From IMG/VR virus record IMGVR_UViG_3300010352_002815, positions 33,516-97,515 of that record: DNA of 64,000 bases. The stretch is one strand, 5' to 3'. The first letter of the stretch is position 1, and each line of letters opens with the position of its first letter. A model generated the notes under the pieces. The model did not search any database and had not been told where the DNA came from. It worked only from the letters and a program-made list of their open reading frames with translations. Positions 40,665-48,705 of this stretch are shown here, piece after piece. The position numbers and the translations under genes were made by a program. The DNA comes from a virus (taxonomy: Duplodnaviria; Caudoviricetes).

Positions 40665-41636
40665 TTATGCAGTCTTTTGGAAGACTAGCAAGAAATACAT
40701 TTTACCGTTGCCTCTATTATTATTAGCAGCACTATAAGCATAAATGTCGTTACCAGATGTCACTGTTGCATCTGCTCCAGCAACAGGCATTCCAGCAAAT
40801 ACACTACCTAACCAATCGCCAACTGTTCCAGAGTCCTTATCAACTACGATATCAGAACACATTTTGTTAGCAGCAAGTAACGTATTATTACTTATAGAAA
40901 TTGTGCTGTTGTTGTCGCCGTCGAAAGCTTCTGTTACAACACCTAACGCCAAAATAAGCTTGCCTTTTGCGGCAGCGGCATCGGTAATCTTAGTATCAAC
41001 AGCGGTTGCAACACCGAAATCAACTTCCACTGCTTCGAAGAATAAGCTAGACTTTTCGTCGGCAACTAGATGTGCGATTTTAATAGCTGCAGTCAATACG
41101 CCACTTGAAGCACTTAATCCAGTGGTTGCAGCAACACCAGCCATTGCTCCCACGACATCAGTAATAGCATCAGTATGCACTTTACTATCCGTTGCATCCT
41201 TGATTACAAAGCTGTCAGCTCCAACTGCTACTGTAACTTCAGTAGGTGCTACGGTAAGGACACCATCCGCGTCAGTTAATGCTGTAGCAGACGCAGTTCC
41301 CGCGGCAGTATCCATGATGTCAGTGATAGTAGTTTCCTTGAGTGCGCTAGATGCTTCACTATCAACAATCATTAGACTGTCTGCGCCAATCGGATTAGCC
41401 TTATCAGCTAAATCAGTAATGTCAACAGAAAGAACACCCGCAGTAGCTTTTAAGCCCGTACTAGAAGCTGTTCCATCTATGCCAGCCATCATGTTAGCAA
41501 AGGTAACTTTCTTTGCAGTACCACTTTGTAAAAAAACTACAGTATCAGATGCTAGAGTTGGAGTTGCAGCGTCCAACGACGCATAAAGAACCTTTTGAGG
41601 TCCCGCTAATTTTGAAAATTTTGAAGGTTTGCCCAT
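40665..41636 (-). CDS. Head fibre/decoration protein
   Basis: Three repeats of about 55 aa (TGLKATAGVLS, TALTDADGVLT, TGLSASSGVLT); follows the capsid gene. Confidence 0.6.
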   Translation of the reverse strand: MGKPSKFSKLAGPQKVLYASLDAATPTLASDTVVFLQSGTAKKVTFANMMAGIDGTASSTGLKATAGVLSVDITDLADKANPIGADSLMIVDSEASSALKETTITDIMDTAAGTASATALTDADGVLTVAPTEVTVAVGADSFVIKDATDSKVHTDAITDVVGAMAGVAATTGLSASSGVLTAAIKIAHLVADEKSSLFFEAVEVDFGVATAVDTKITDAAAAKGKLILALGVVTEAFDGDNNSTISISNNTLLAANKMCSDIVVDKDSGTVGDWLGSVFAGMPVAGADATVTSGNDIYAYSAANNNRGNGKMYFLLVFQKTA

Positions 41637-41673
41637 TTTGTTTCGAACTCCCTGAAAGGTTTATTAAATGTAT

Positions 41674-42300
41674 TCAAATAATATTAAGAATAATATTAAA
41701 ATCTATATATTTATTTATCCAATAACATATATATTCGTTGAACCAATGCCATCTATGGTAATTTGTTTTAGCATGGCAAGAACTACATAAAGGAATAAAG
41801 GCCCATGATTTACCATTACAAATACTATTTTTATTATAATCTATGTGATGGATGTGTAATCTAGTATCATTTTCTTGTTCTAATTTTCCACATATAAAGC
41901 ATTTCCTATTAAATTTATCACGAATATGCTCTTTAAAATCTTCATTAAATTTATGGCAATAAGGTTCATACATTTTACCTCCTCGCCAATTAGAAGCATT
42001 TGGACCTGAAATCAAATCTCTATGATTTCTCCGCCAAGTTGATATCTTTTGACAAGTTTCTGGTGAATGTACTACTATATTGCCTTTATGTGCTTCAGAT
42101 AAATGTTGGCAATGTTCCTCAGAAAGTTGCTTACCAAAATTCCAAGGAGTTTTACCTTTATGCTTTTCAGAATTAGATTTCAACGTTTCTTCTGAATAAA
42201 TGCCAGTAAGTCCTTTATTCCAAGCTTTACGGCCTTTACAAGATTCTGATATCTTGCGTTTCTTCTCTTCTGAACAAGGTACTCTTTTTCTCATATGCAT
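41674..42300 (-). CDS. Free-standing HNH homing endonuclease with NUMOD3 motifs
   Basis: AWNKGL, PWNFGK, CFIC...IHHIDYNK...LCSSCH motifs. Confidence 0.85.
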   Translation of the reverse strand: MHMRKRVPCSEEKKRKISESCKGRKAWNKGLTGIYSEETLKSNSEKHKGKTPWNFGKQLSEEHCQHLSEAHKGNIVVHSPETCQKISTWRRNHRDLISGPNASNWRGGKMYEPYCHKFNEDFKEHIRDKFNRKCFICGKLEQENDTRLHIHHIDYNKNSICNGKSWAFIPLCSSCHAKTNYHRWHWFNEYICYWINKYIDFNIILNII

Positions 42301-42372
42301 ATAGATAAATAAAATATAATAATAAGTAATTAAAATTATATAAAATTACTTATTATTTTTTGATATATGTCA

Positions 42373-43302
42373 CTACGTTGCTGTGCAATCGATTTCTACA
42401 AAGCTTTCTGGACTGTGAATTTCAATTGGGCAAGTCCACTCTTTAACTTCTACCCAGTAATTTCCGCCCTTTTCCTTGGGATAGTCATCGGCAATGTCAA
42501 TTTCCTCAGAAACCACGAACTCTGCGGCTTGTGGGCTATAAGGAATAACATATGCATAACCAACAGGAGTAAACTGAGACTCAATCATCCAGGAACGGTC
42601 GCCTTCGGGCTTTCCGAATAGCTTGCCGATGTAATCAGAGAAAGGTACTCTCTCAGAATCAGTCTTATCTAGGTTTCGGATAGTAGCACGATCAGCTACT
42701 AGTCCCCAAGGCTTGAATCTTGGATCCATGAATTTAATGGCGTTAAGAATGTCCTCGTAAGGATCTAAGGTATCACCAGAAGAATCCCAGGCTCCCATGT
42801 TGACTACGTCGTTGCCAGTTGGGCTTCCAGCAGTTGCTAGAACCTTTCCACGGGTGTTAGCATGAGCAGCGCCAACAATGCCAGTAATGCCTAAAGAACT
42901 GTCACCATTAATAGCAATGTAGTCTTCGGTAGCATGTATTTTAGCCATGACTTCATTGATCTCGGCAGTCTTCATGACAGGGCCTTGAGTCTTTGCTAAG
43001 TCCCTTTCATTGATGTAAAATCCAGATGCAATTTGGTACATCTCATGCTTTTCGACGCCAGCAGCGATCTGAATGGGGTCAGGGCTAGCACCTTTCGCAA
43101 CAATTCCAGCTCTGCCAGAAGTAGTCTGAATATGCGTGATCGCATCAATGTCGATCTGAGCGCCTACGTCTCTGTAAGGCAAAATATTACGGGCAATTAG
43201 TTCTGGCCTGTAATTTAATTCGTAATCGTTAATAGTTTGAACCCAGGCAGTAACAACTTCCTGAGGAATAAATGATCCATAATGTAAATCTGTGGATGCC
43301 AT
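42373..43302 (-). CDS. Major capsid protein (HK97 fold, linocin/encapsulin-like)
   Basis: RPELIARNILP, EDYIAINGD..LGITG, DPYEDI, PIEIHSPESF motifs; position after scaffold and decoration genes. Confidence 0.85.
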   Translation of the reverse strand: MASTDLHYGSFIPQEVVTAWVQTINDYELNYRPELIARNILPYRDVGAQIDIDAITHIQTTSGRAGIVAKGASPDPIQIAAGVEKHEMYQIASGFYINERDLAKTQGPVMKTAEINEVMAKIHATEDYIAINGDSSLGITGIVGAAHANTRGKVLATAGSPTGNDVVNMGAWDSSGDTLDPYEDILNAIKFMDPRFKPWGLVADRATIRNLDKTDSERVPFSDYIGKLFGKPEGDRSWMIESQFTPVGYAYVIPYSPQAAEFVVSEEIDIADDYPKEKGGNYWVEVKEWTCPIEIHSPESFVEIDCTAT

Positions 43303-43372
43303 GTTTATTTCGAACTCCCTAAAAGTGTATTAAAATAATAATAAAAATATTTAAAGTAGGATTTACCTAGCC

Positions 43373-44074
43373 TTAAATAAGTTCAACCTCAATTTGAGTT
43401 AGCTTGTACATAGTTGGTGATGTAGTATGTCCAGACAACGGATTCTTAACTAGTTGGACAGCAGTTGAAGAATAATCTGCATCAGCTACCATATTGACTT
43501 CGCCGTGCTCGTTACTGTCAATACAGACATAATCACCGTCATGTAAATCAAGATAATCTTTAGTAGCTGCGGATCCAAATGTAACTATATCGTTGGTGTA
43601 TGACGAGATAGTTTGGTCATAATCAGCACTGCCACTATCCGCGACGTCTAAAACGCGACCTACTGAAAAAGCAGTCCTAACAGCTGGTGTAGTCTCTGGA
43701 ACCAGTAAACCAAGAGGCTCAGTACCAGCACCTAATCCAGCAGCGGCAAACTGCAATCTAACAAAGTCACCAGAATCAACGGTTTGTCCGCCGACCAGTA
43801 GTCCATATGCCGTACCAGTTGCAACATAAGGTACTTTCTTACCAGCTGCATAAAAGCCGTCATAGGGCAACTGTTGTCTATTATCATTAATAGCGATACC
43901 AAGATAGTCGTATGTGGGGCTACCAGGCATTAAAGTTGCCTTAATGGTACCATCAGCAGCTCTCATTACCATAGCACCGAATGGGATTTCACTGGCAGCT
44001 AAGCCAGTCTTTATGATACCATGACCAGCAGTCAGAGTACCCTTTTTGATCATATAAGTTGGAATTGTTGACAT
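43373..44074 (-). CDS. Capsid decoration/cement protein
   Basis: EIPFGAMV, YLGIA, VATGTAY motifs; between scaffold and capsid genes. Confidence 0.65.
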   Translation of the reverse strand: MSTIPTYMIKKGTLTAGHGIIKTGLAASEIPFGAMVMRAADGTIKATLMPGSPTYDYLGIAINDNRQQLPYDGFYAAGKKVPYVATGTAYGLLVGGQTVDSGDFVRLQFAAAGLGAGTEPLGLLVPETTPAVRTAFSVGRVLDVADSGSADYDQTISSYTNDIVTFGSAATKDYLDLHDGDYVCIDSNEHGEVNMVADADYSSTAVQLVKNPLSGHTTSPTMYKLTQIEVELI

Positions 44075-44111
44075 TTAATTTTCGATCTCCATGAATTGTT
44101 TTTAAATATTA

Positions 44112-44150
44112 TTATAATCAAATAAAGAGAAATAAAAAAATATTTTACGA
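44112..44150 (-). promoter_or_regulatory. Putative viral late promoter, copy 5
   Basis: Upstream of decoration and capsid genes; spacer 1 nt longer. Confidence 0.75.
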
Positions 44151-44154
44151 CTCT

Positions 44155-46821
44155 CTAAGCTCTCTTTCCGAAGCGTTCCTTTTGGGCCTTCTTGAAGAGG
44201 TCACGAGCAGCCTGTAACTCGGAACCATTATCTCCTACGCCAGCAGCAACACCTTTAGCATTTTGCTTGGGGATGTCTTGTCTCAGGACATCGTTCTTAT
44301 CGAAATAAGACCAGCCCTCTGCCTTGAAACCGTCATAATGCACTTGAGCATCCTGACGGGCTTTAGCATTTAACTTTAGAGAAAATGCCTCAAAGTCAGC
44401 ATTGGCTCTTTCGGCTACTAGGGCTTCTTCAGCCGCGTTTTGCTTTTGAACTAAGTCATCAAGTTGGATTTCTAGATCTGCAATTTTAGCATCTCTCTCA
44501 TTAAGCTTAGCTTCGAAAGCTTCGTTTAACTTCTGTACAGCATTATCAGAGGTCTCTACAACCTCTTCAGGTGCAATAAATTCTTCTTCAGTCATATTAT
44601 TACCATTAAGTTTTTGTAATTGTGAAAATTGTGAATTTTGTTTTGGTTTCTTTGAACTAGACATAGTATCTTTGAATGTCTTTATCCAAGTATCTTTATA
44701 TTCATTCCAAGCTTTTTTATTAAATTCTCGATCTTTTGATCTATCTACTATCTGACTAAATTCTTCGTATGCTTGGTTAGTCATATCTTCGTCTGATACT
44801 TTACTAATATCAATTTCTTGAGATATGTAATCCTTTGCAAGTGATTTAGCAGAAGAAGCAGCACGATTATTAATAGGCATAGAATTATGTGGTTTAGTAT
44901 CAGGAATATTGTACTTCTTTTTAACGTCGTTAACTTTAGAAGTATATTTTTTTTGTTCTTGTTCTAATTCTGATATATTATCCCGTGTTCTTTTAGCCAA
45001 TGAATTTCGGCCTTTTGCCACGTCATTTTTAAGTGCTTCTTTTAGTTCTATTAGATCTTTGTTAATAAGATTGAGTTTATTTACGTCTTTTTTATAAGAT
45101 TTTAATATATCATCTGGTACGTTACTAATCTTACCAAACTTCTTATCAATGACTTTGTCAAAGCCTTTCTTAAAGTCTTTGTCCATAGCAGATTCAGTTT
45201 GCTTCCTAGGAGATGTTTCCTTGGCACCTTTCGAGCCACCACAAGATCCTGGTCCTTCTCCAGACTTTTGATCTTTAGGGCAATTATAATTTAATTTCAT
45301 ACTAATGGGTATCAAACCTTTTCTAGTGTATATTTTGGACCACTTTTCAGCAGTTTCTTTATCAGAAGTTTCCAGAAGGCCAGATCCGCCATTAGTGGCA
45401 TTCAACTTAATAGAATAGCCGCTGCCGTTATATTCGATGTCGGCTCGCCGTAAATCATTATAATAGGATTTTATAACGTTGACAGAAGGTCCGGAATCCT
45501 TTTTAGGAGCCTCATTTAACATGAAACCGCAACCGTCCTTAGTACTGCAAGCCCCGACACCATTAGCTAATTCCGCGAAATGATAGAAATGATAGCCAGA
45601 GTCTTCAATGGCATTATACTTAGTACCGTTGTGATTACCGTCTACAAAACTCGTATGAGTTGTATAAGCAATTGATCCGTCGTACGGCGTTCCAGATTTG
45701 ATGCGAGCCATATCTTCCGGCGTCAACTTTTCCTTGTAGTAGCGGGCAACAGCAACAACGTCCTTTTTGTCAGGTCTTGCCATGACGTTCATTAGCTTGC
45801 CGATGCGGTTATGTTTGTAGGTGACTAATTCTGTGGGGCGTGTATGTCCTTTTAGAATAGGCTGACCTTCAAGCCAATGCGCATCCTTGCTGAAGTATTC
45901 GTATTTTTTGAGGGTAGGGATTCCATCGGTTCCAGTGAACACACCTTCACGCATTGGTACAACCGGTACATCGATAACGGAATCGTCTTCATAAATGACC
46001 TTAGAACCTGCTAAAGAACTATTAAATTTCAAATTTGAATCTTCAATAAATTCTAAATGTCCTGGTTCATTGATATTTTCTAACGTATGATAATTATCTT
46101 TTTCAGCAGACATGTGCCGTTCAGTAAAGTCCATTTGATCATCGTTAAGTGAAAAGCCTTCCCGATTCTTTAAGAATATTATTTTCTTTTGAATGTTACG
46201 GTTAGCTATGCCAGTTTGTTTACCAGATGCTAATTCCCAACTATGGTCCATGGCTATCGGACAGTAATGGGGTCCGTCTTCCTTAATCGCGCCAACAGGA
46301 TACCTATAATTTTCTGGAAGTTGTCCATCCCCTGCATCAATGTCTAGGAACCATTTCATTAAAGGACGTTTAGAAACCTCTCCGGATTCACCTTTTGACC
46401 ATTCCATGAAATCTTGCTTAGAAGTTTCTGGTTCCCAGTCATACTTTTTAGAACTATCGTCAGGCACTTCAGAAACTTCTTCAGAAACTTCTTCGATAAC
46501 TTCTTCGTCAGGACTTTCGAAAATTTCCTCTTCAGAAGGTTCCAAAACTTCCAACGTTTCTGGTGCAATTTCTGTCATCATACTAGAAGCTATTTCCTCG
46601 ACTTCATCTTGACGCACGTTATCAGAAATCCTTTCTGGGAACCTATCCGTGGACTGTGTTTCCTGGAATGTTTCGCCCTTTCTGCTTACTATCGCGTTTT
46701 CTTTGATTGCAGGATCAATTAAATTATTAATTTCTATTTCATCAATAGAAGGTTTTCTTATAGAAATTTCTTCGTTGTTTTCTGCAATCCATCGATCTTC
46801 TATCATGTTACTTACCGCCAT
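44155..46821 (-). CDS. Prohead protease (DUF2213-like) fused to tagged insert and scaffold
   Basis: PVVPMREGV, GQPILKGH, GSIAY, HFAELANGVGACSTKDGCG motifs; C-terminal acidic coiled coil; position before capsid genes. Confidence 0.8.
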   Translation of the reverse strand: MAVSNMIEDRWIAENNEEISIRKPSIDEIEINNLIDPAIKENAIVSRKGETFQETQSTDRFPERISDNVRQDEVEEIASSMMTEIAPETLEVLEPSEEEIFESPDEEVIEEVSEEVSEVPDDSSKKYDWEPETSKQDFMEWSKGESGEVSKRPLMKWFLDIDAGDGQLPENYRYPVGAIKEDGPHYCPIAMDHSWELASGKQTGIANRNIQKKIIFLKNREGFSLNDDQMDFTERHMSAEKDNYHTLENINEPGHLEFIEDSNLKFNSSLAGSKVIYEDDSVIDVPVVPMREGVFTGTDGIPTLKKYEYFSKDAHWLEGQPILKGHTRPTELVTYKHNRIGKLMNVMARPDKKDVVAVARYYKEKLTPEDMARIKSGTPYDGSIAYTTHTSFVDGNHNGTKYNAIEDSGYHFYHFAELANGVGACSTKDGCGFMLNEAPKKDSGPSVNVIKSYYNDLRRADIEYNGSGYSIKLNATNGGSGLLETSDKETAEKWSKIYTRKGLIPISMKLNYNCPKDQKSGEGPGSCGGSKGAKETSPRKQTESAMDKDFKKGFDKVIDKKFGKISNVPDDILKSYKKDVNKLNLINKDLIELKEALKNDVAKGRNSLAKRTRDNISELEQEQKKYTSKVNDVKKKYNIPDTKPHNSMPINNRAASSAKSLAKDYISQEIDISKVSDEDMTNQAYEEFSQIVDRSKDREFNKKAWNEYKDTWIKTFKDTMSSSKKPKQNSQFSQLQKLNGNNMTEEEFIAPEEVVETSDNAVQKLNEAFEAKLNERDAKIADLEIQLDDLVQKQNAAEEALVAERANADFEAFSLKLNAKARQDAQVHYDGFKAEGWSYFDKNDVLRQDIPKQNAKGVAAGVGDNGSELQAARDLFKKAQKERFGKRA

Positions 46822-48193
46822 GTGATACGAGAATACCTTTTATTTTGAACTTTCCATTTGTTCCAAGATCTTCTACGCCAGTTATAAGGATATTTGCTCC
46901 TCTATCGACTAATATTTCTGCTTCATCTAATTCCGATCCTACATTACTAGTGGCAATAGCTCTAGATCCTTTTGGAATAGTTATCTCGTATATTAATCCA
47001 TTAGCAGATGGTCCAGCAAAGAAATTTTTGGATGCAAATGCATCTGCAATTCGTTCGCTCATAGTACAACTAGTATATGCTTTTTGCTCTTTGACATGTC
47101 CTATTAAATTATTAAAATCTCCATTTCCAGCATCTAACATACGTTTTTTATCACCATCTGTTCCTCCTCTCCAAACCACCATATCAACCGGTGTTGGAGG
47201 AGCATTATCAAACATTGAATCTAAATCAGATATTAATTTTTTTGATTTCTCTGAGTTTTTAGGTTCTTTACCAGATAATAAGAGATTAACATTTTTATAT
47301 AAACTATCAGACGGTGAAAAAGGATTTTCGTGAACGTAATGCCGAATAGCTTCCTTATAATCGTCTTTATCCTCTAAAAATTTATGATATTGATCTATTA
47401 CCGGCTTATAGCCGTCCTTATCATGAGCAACTGTTAAAATACGTCTTCTATCTAATGGTCCTATTTCCGGATTTTTTCCGGGATCACTCATTCCGTATTC
47501 TATTATCTCGACTTTATCAAGGTATTCACGACTTATTTTTTCGTAATTGACATTACTAACTTTAAATTTTAATTCTTTTGATAGTTCTTTGTTAATAACA
47601 TCTGCTGATTCTATAAGGTGCATTGCTTCTTTGAATTCTTTCCTAGAAACAATGCCCATCTTTGAATGAACATCAAACATCTGTTTATATTTATCATATT
47701 TATTAAAAAGATCATTTAATTTATTTGATTGTTCTTTGTTAAATTTAGCAGAACTTGCTTTAGGCGTGAGTAATTTTTTATGTTCAGCATTTGAAAATTC
47801 TTCACTAGATAATTTAGATGAAGATTTTAATTTTTTAGGGGTTTTATTTTCATTAGTAATTTTACTGCCGCCACATGATCCAGGACCTTCACCTTGTTTT
47901 TCGGACTCTTTGCAATTAGAATTTTCTTTGATATCATTAGATTCCTTATTGTCCTTTTCAGCAAATTCTAATTCAATGGGTTTCAAATCATGCTCCTTGA
48001 GGTATTTTTTGACGTCCTTCGAAGTGAACTTTTCCTTATCGAAGTGGTAAGATTGAGGTTCAGATTTCTCTTCATCTCCGTCCTTGAAGTATCCTAAAAG
48101 GAGTTGAACGCCACCTCCCAGGTCCTTGGTTACTATTTTGTCATATTTGGCGGGATCTGATATCCTAGCCGCATGAACATCTTTAAACGGTAT
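46808..48193 (-). CDS. Tagged VIP2-like ADP-ribosyltransferase, 461 aa (probable ATA start)
   Basis: WRGG / YTSCT / EAE triad; 69-codon in-frame extension PFKDVHAARISDP... behind GGTGA. Confidence 0.82.
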   Translation of the reverse strand: MPFKDVHAARISDPAKYDKIVTKDLGGGVQLLLGYFKDGDEEKSEPQSYHFDKEKFTSKDVKKYLKEHDLKPIELEFAEKDNKESNDIKENSNCKESEKQGEGPGSCGGSKITNENKTPKKLKSSSKLSSEEFSNAEHKKLLTPKASSAKFNKEQSNKLNDLFNKYDKYKQMFDVHSKMGIVSRKEFKEAMHLIESADVINKELSKELKFKVSNVNYEKISREYLDKVEIIEYGMSDPGKNPEIGPLDRRRILTVAHDKDGYKPVIDQYHKFLEDKDDYKEAIRHYVHENPFSPSDSLYKNVNLLLSGKEPKNSEKSKKLISDLDSMFDNAPPTPVDMVVWRGGTDGDKKRMLDAGNGDFNNLIGHVKEQKAYTSCTMSERIADAFASKNFFAGPSANGLIYEITIPKGSRAIATSNVGSELDEAEILVDRGANILITGVEDLGTNGKFKIKGILVSHGGK

Positions 48194-48212
48194 AAAATCA
48201 CCTTATATTATA

Positions 48213-48305
48213 ATATAATCAAATAATAACTAAATAGGAGGATTTTACGAATAATGTATCAAAAATATTATAATCAAATAAATGGTTATGAAATGATTTT
48301 TACGA
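48213..48305 (-). promoter_or_regulatory. Two tandem putative late promoters (copies 6 and 7)
   Basis: Motifs at 48213-48250 and 48268-48305, both with the fixed spacing. Confidence 0.75.
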
Positions 48306-48361
48306 CTTTCAAACCAAAAACTACTTATAGTAACTCAATAAACTCGATATTGTGATCTGAA

Positions 48362-48457
48362 GTGTCTGAAACCGTATTAGTCGAACGTTCCAAGAAGTCT
48401 GAGCCTGTAATCGAAAGCAAGTCTTTCCAGTCCTGGTTGTTGGGTCGTGTGGAATAA
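48362..48457 (+). CDS. 31-aa early peptide
   Basis: GTG start, MSETVLVERSKKSEPVIESKSFQSWLLGRVE; behind ACCAAAAACTACTTATA at 48313. Confidence 0.4.
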   Translation: MSETVLVERSKKSEPVIESKSFQSWLLGRVE

Positions 48458-48471
48458 AAATTATGTTTTTA

Positions 48472-48612
48472 TTATTTTCTAATAATGTGTTCCTGATATT
48501 CTTGCCAACTTAGATTGTCTTTAATGGTTGGCTTGTACTTTAGTACAATCTGACCTTCCGGGATGTCCACTAATATTATTTCGCTGTTTTTATTATCTTG
48601 ACTTCTATTCAT
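48472..48612 (-). CDS. 46-aa leaderless late protein
   Basis: ATG overlaps the end of late-promoter motif (TTGATTATAATG). Confidence 0.45.
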   Translation of the reverse strand: MNRSQDNKNSEIILVDIPEGQIVLKYKPTIKDNLSWQEYQEHIIRK

Positions 48613-48649
48613 TATAATCAAATAATATCTAATATTATAATTTTTACGA
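48612..48649 (-). promoter_or_regulatory. Putative viral late promoter, copy 8
   Basis: Same motif and spacing; back-to-back with helicase promoter ACCAAAAACTATTTATT. Confidence 0.7.
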
Positions 48650-48705
48650 AATGACGTACCAAAAACTATTTATTCTCATAGGTACTAGTAGTTAGTGGAG
48701 GACTT

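Noticed and set aside
40744-41586. 280-aa plus-strand ORF, and similar antisense ORFs over the tape measure, capsid and MuF genes
   Set aside because: Codon-aligned antisense shadows of Ala/Thr-rich genes, with no RBS, promoter or motifs
44074-44157. TAG (pyrrolysine) readthrough fusing scaffold to decoration protein
   Set aside because: The readthrough frame is out of phase with the ATG at 44074 and crosses a promoter motif
48213-48305. Tandem repeats as a mini CRISPR array
   Set aside because: Only two promoter-motif copies with variable interiors; no repeat-spacer structure and no cas genes
9167-48649. Late motif read as a bacterial sigma70 promoter because it contains TATAAT
   Set aside because: TCGTAA to TATAAT spacing is about 27 nt, not 17, and other promoters look archaeal
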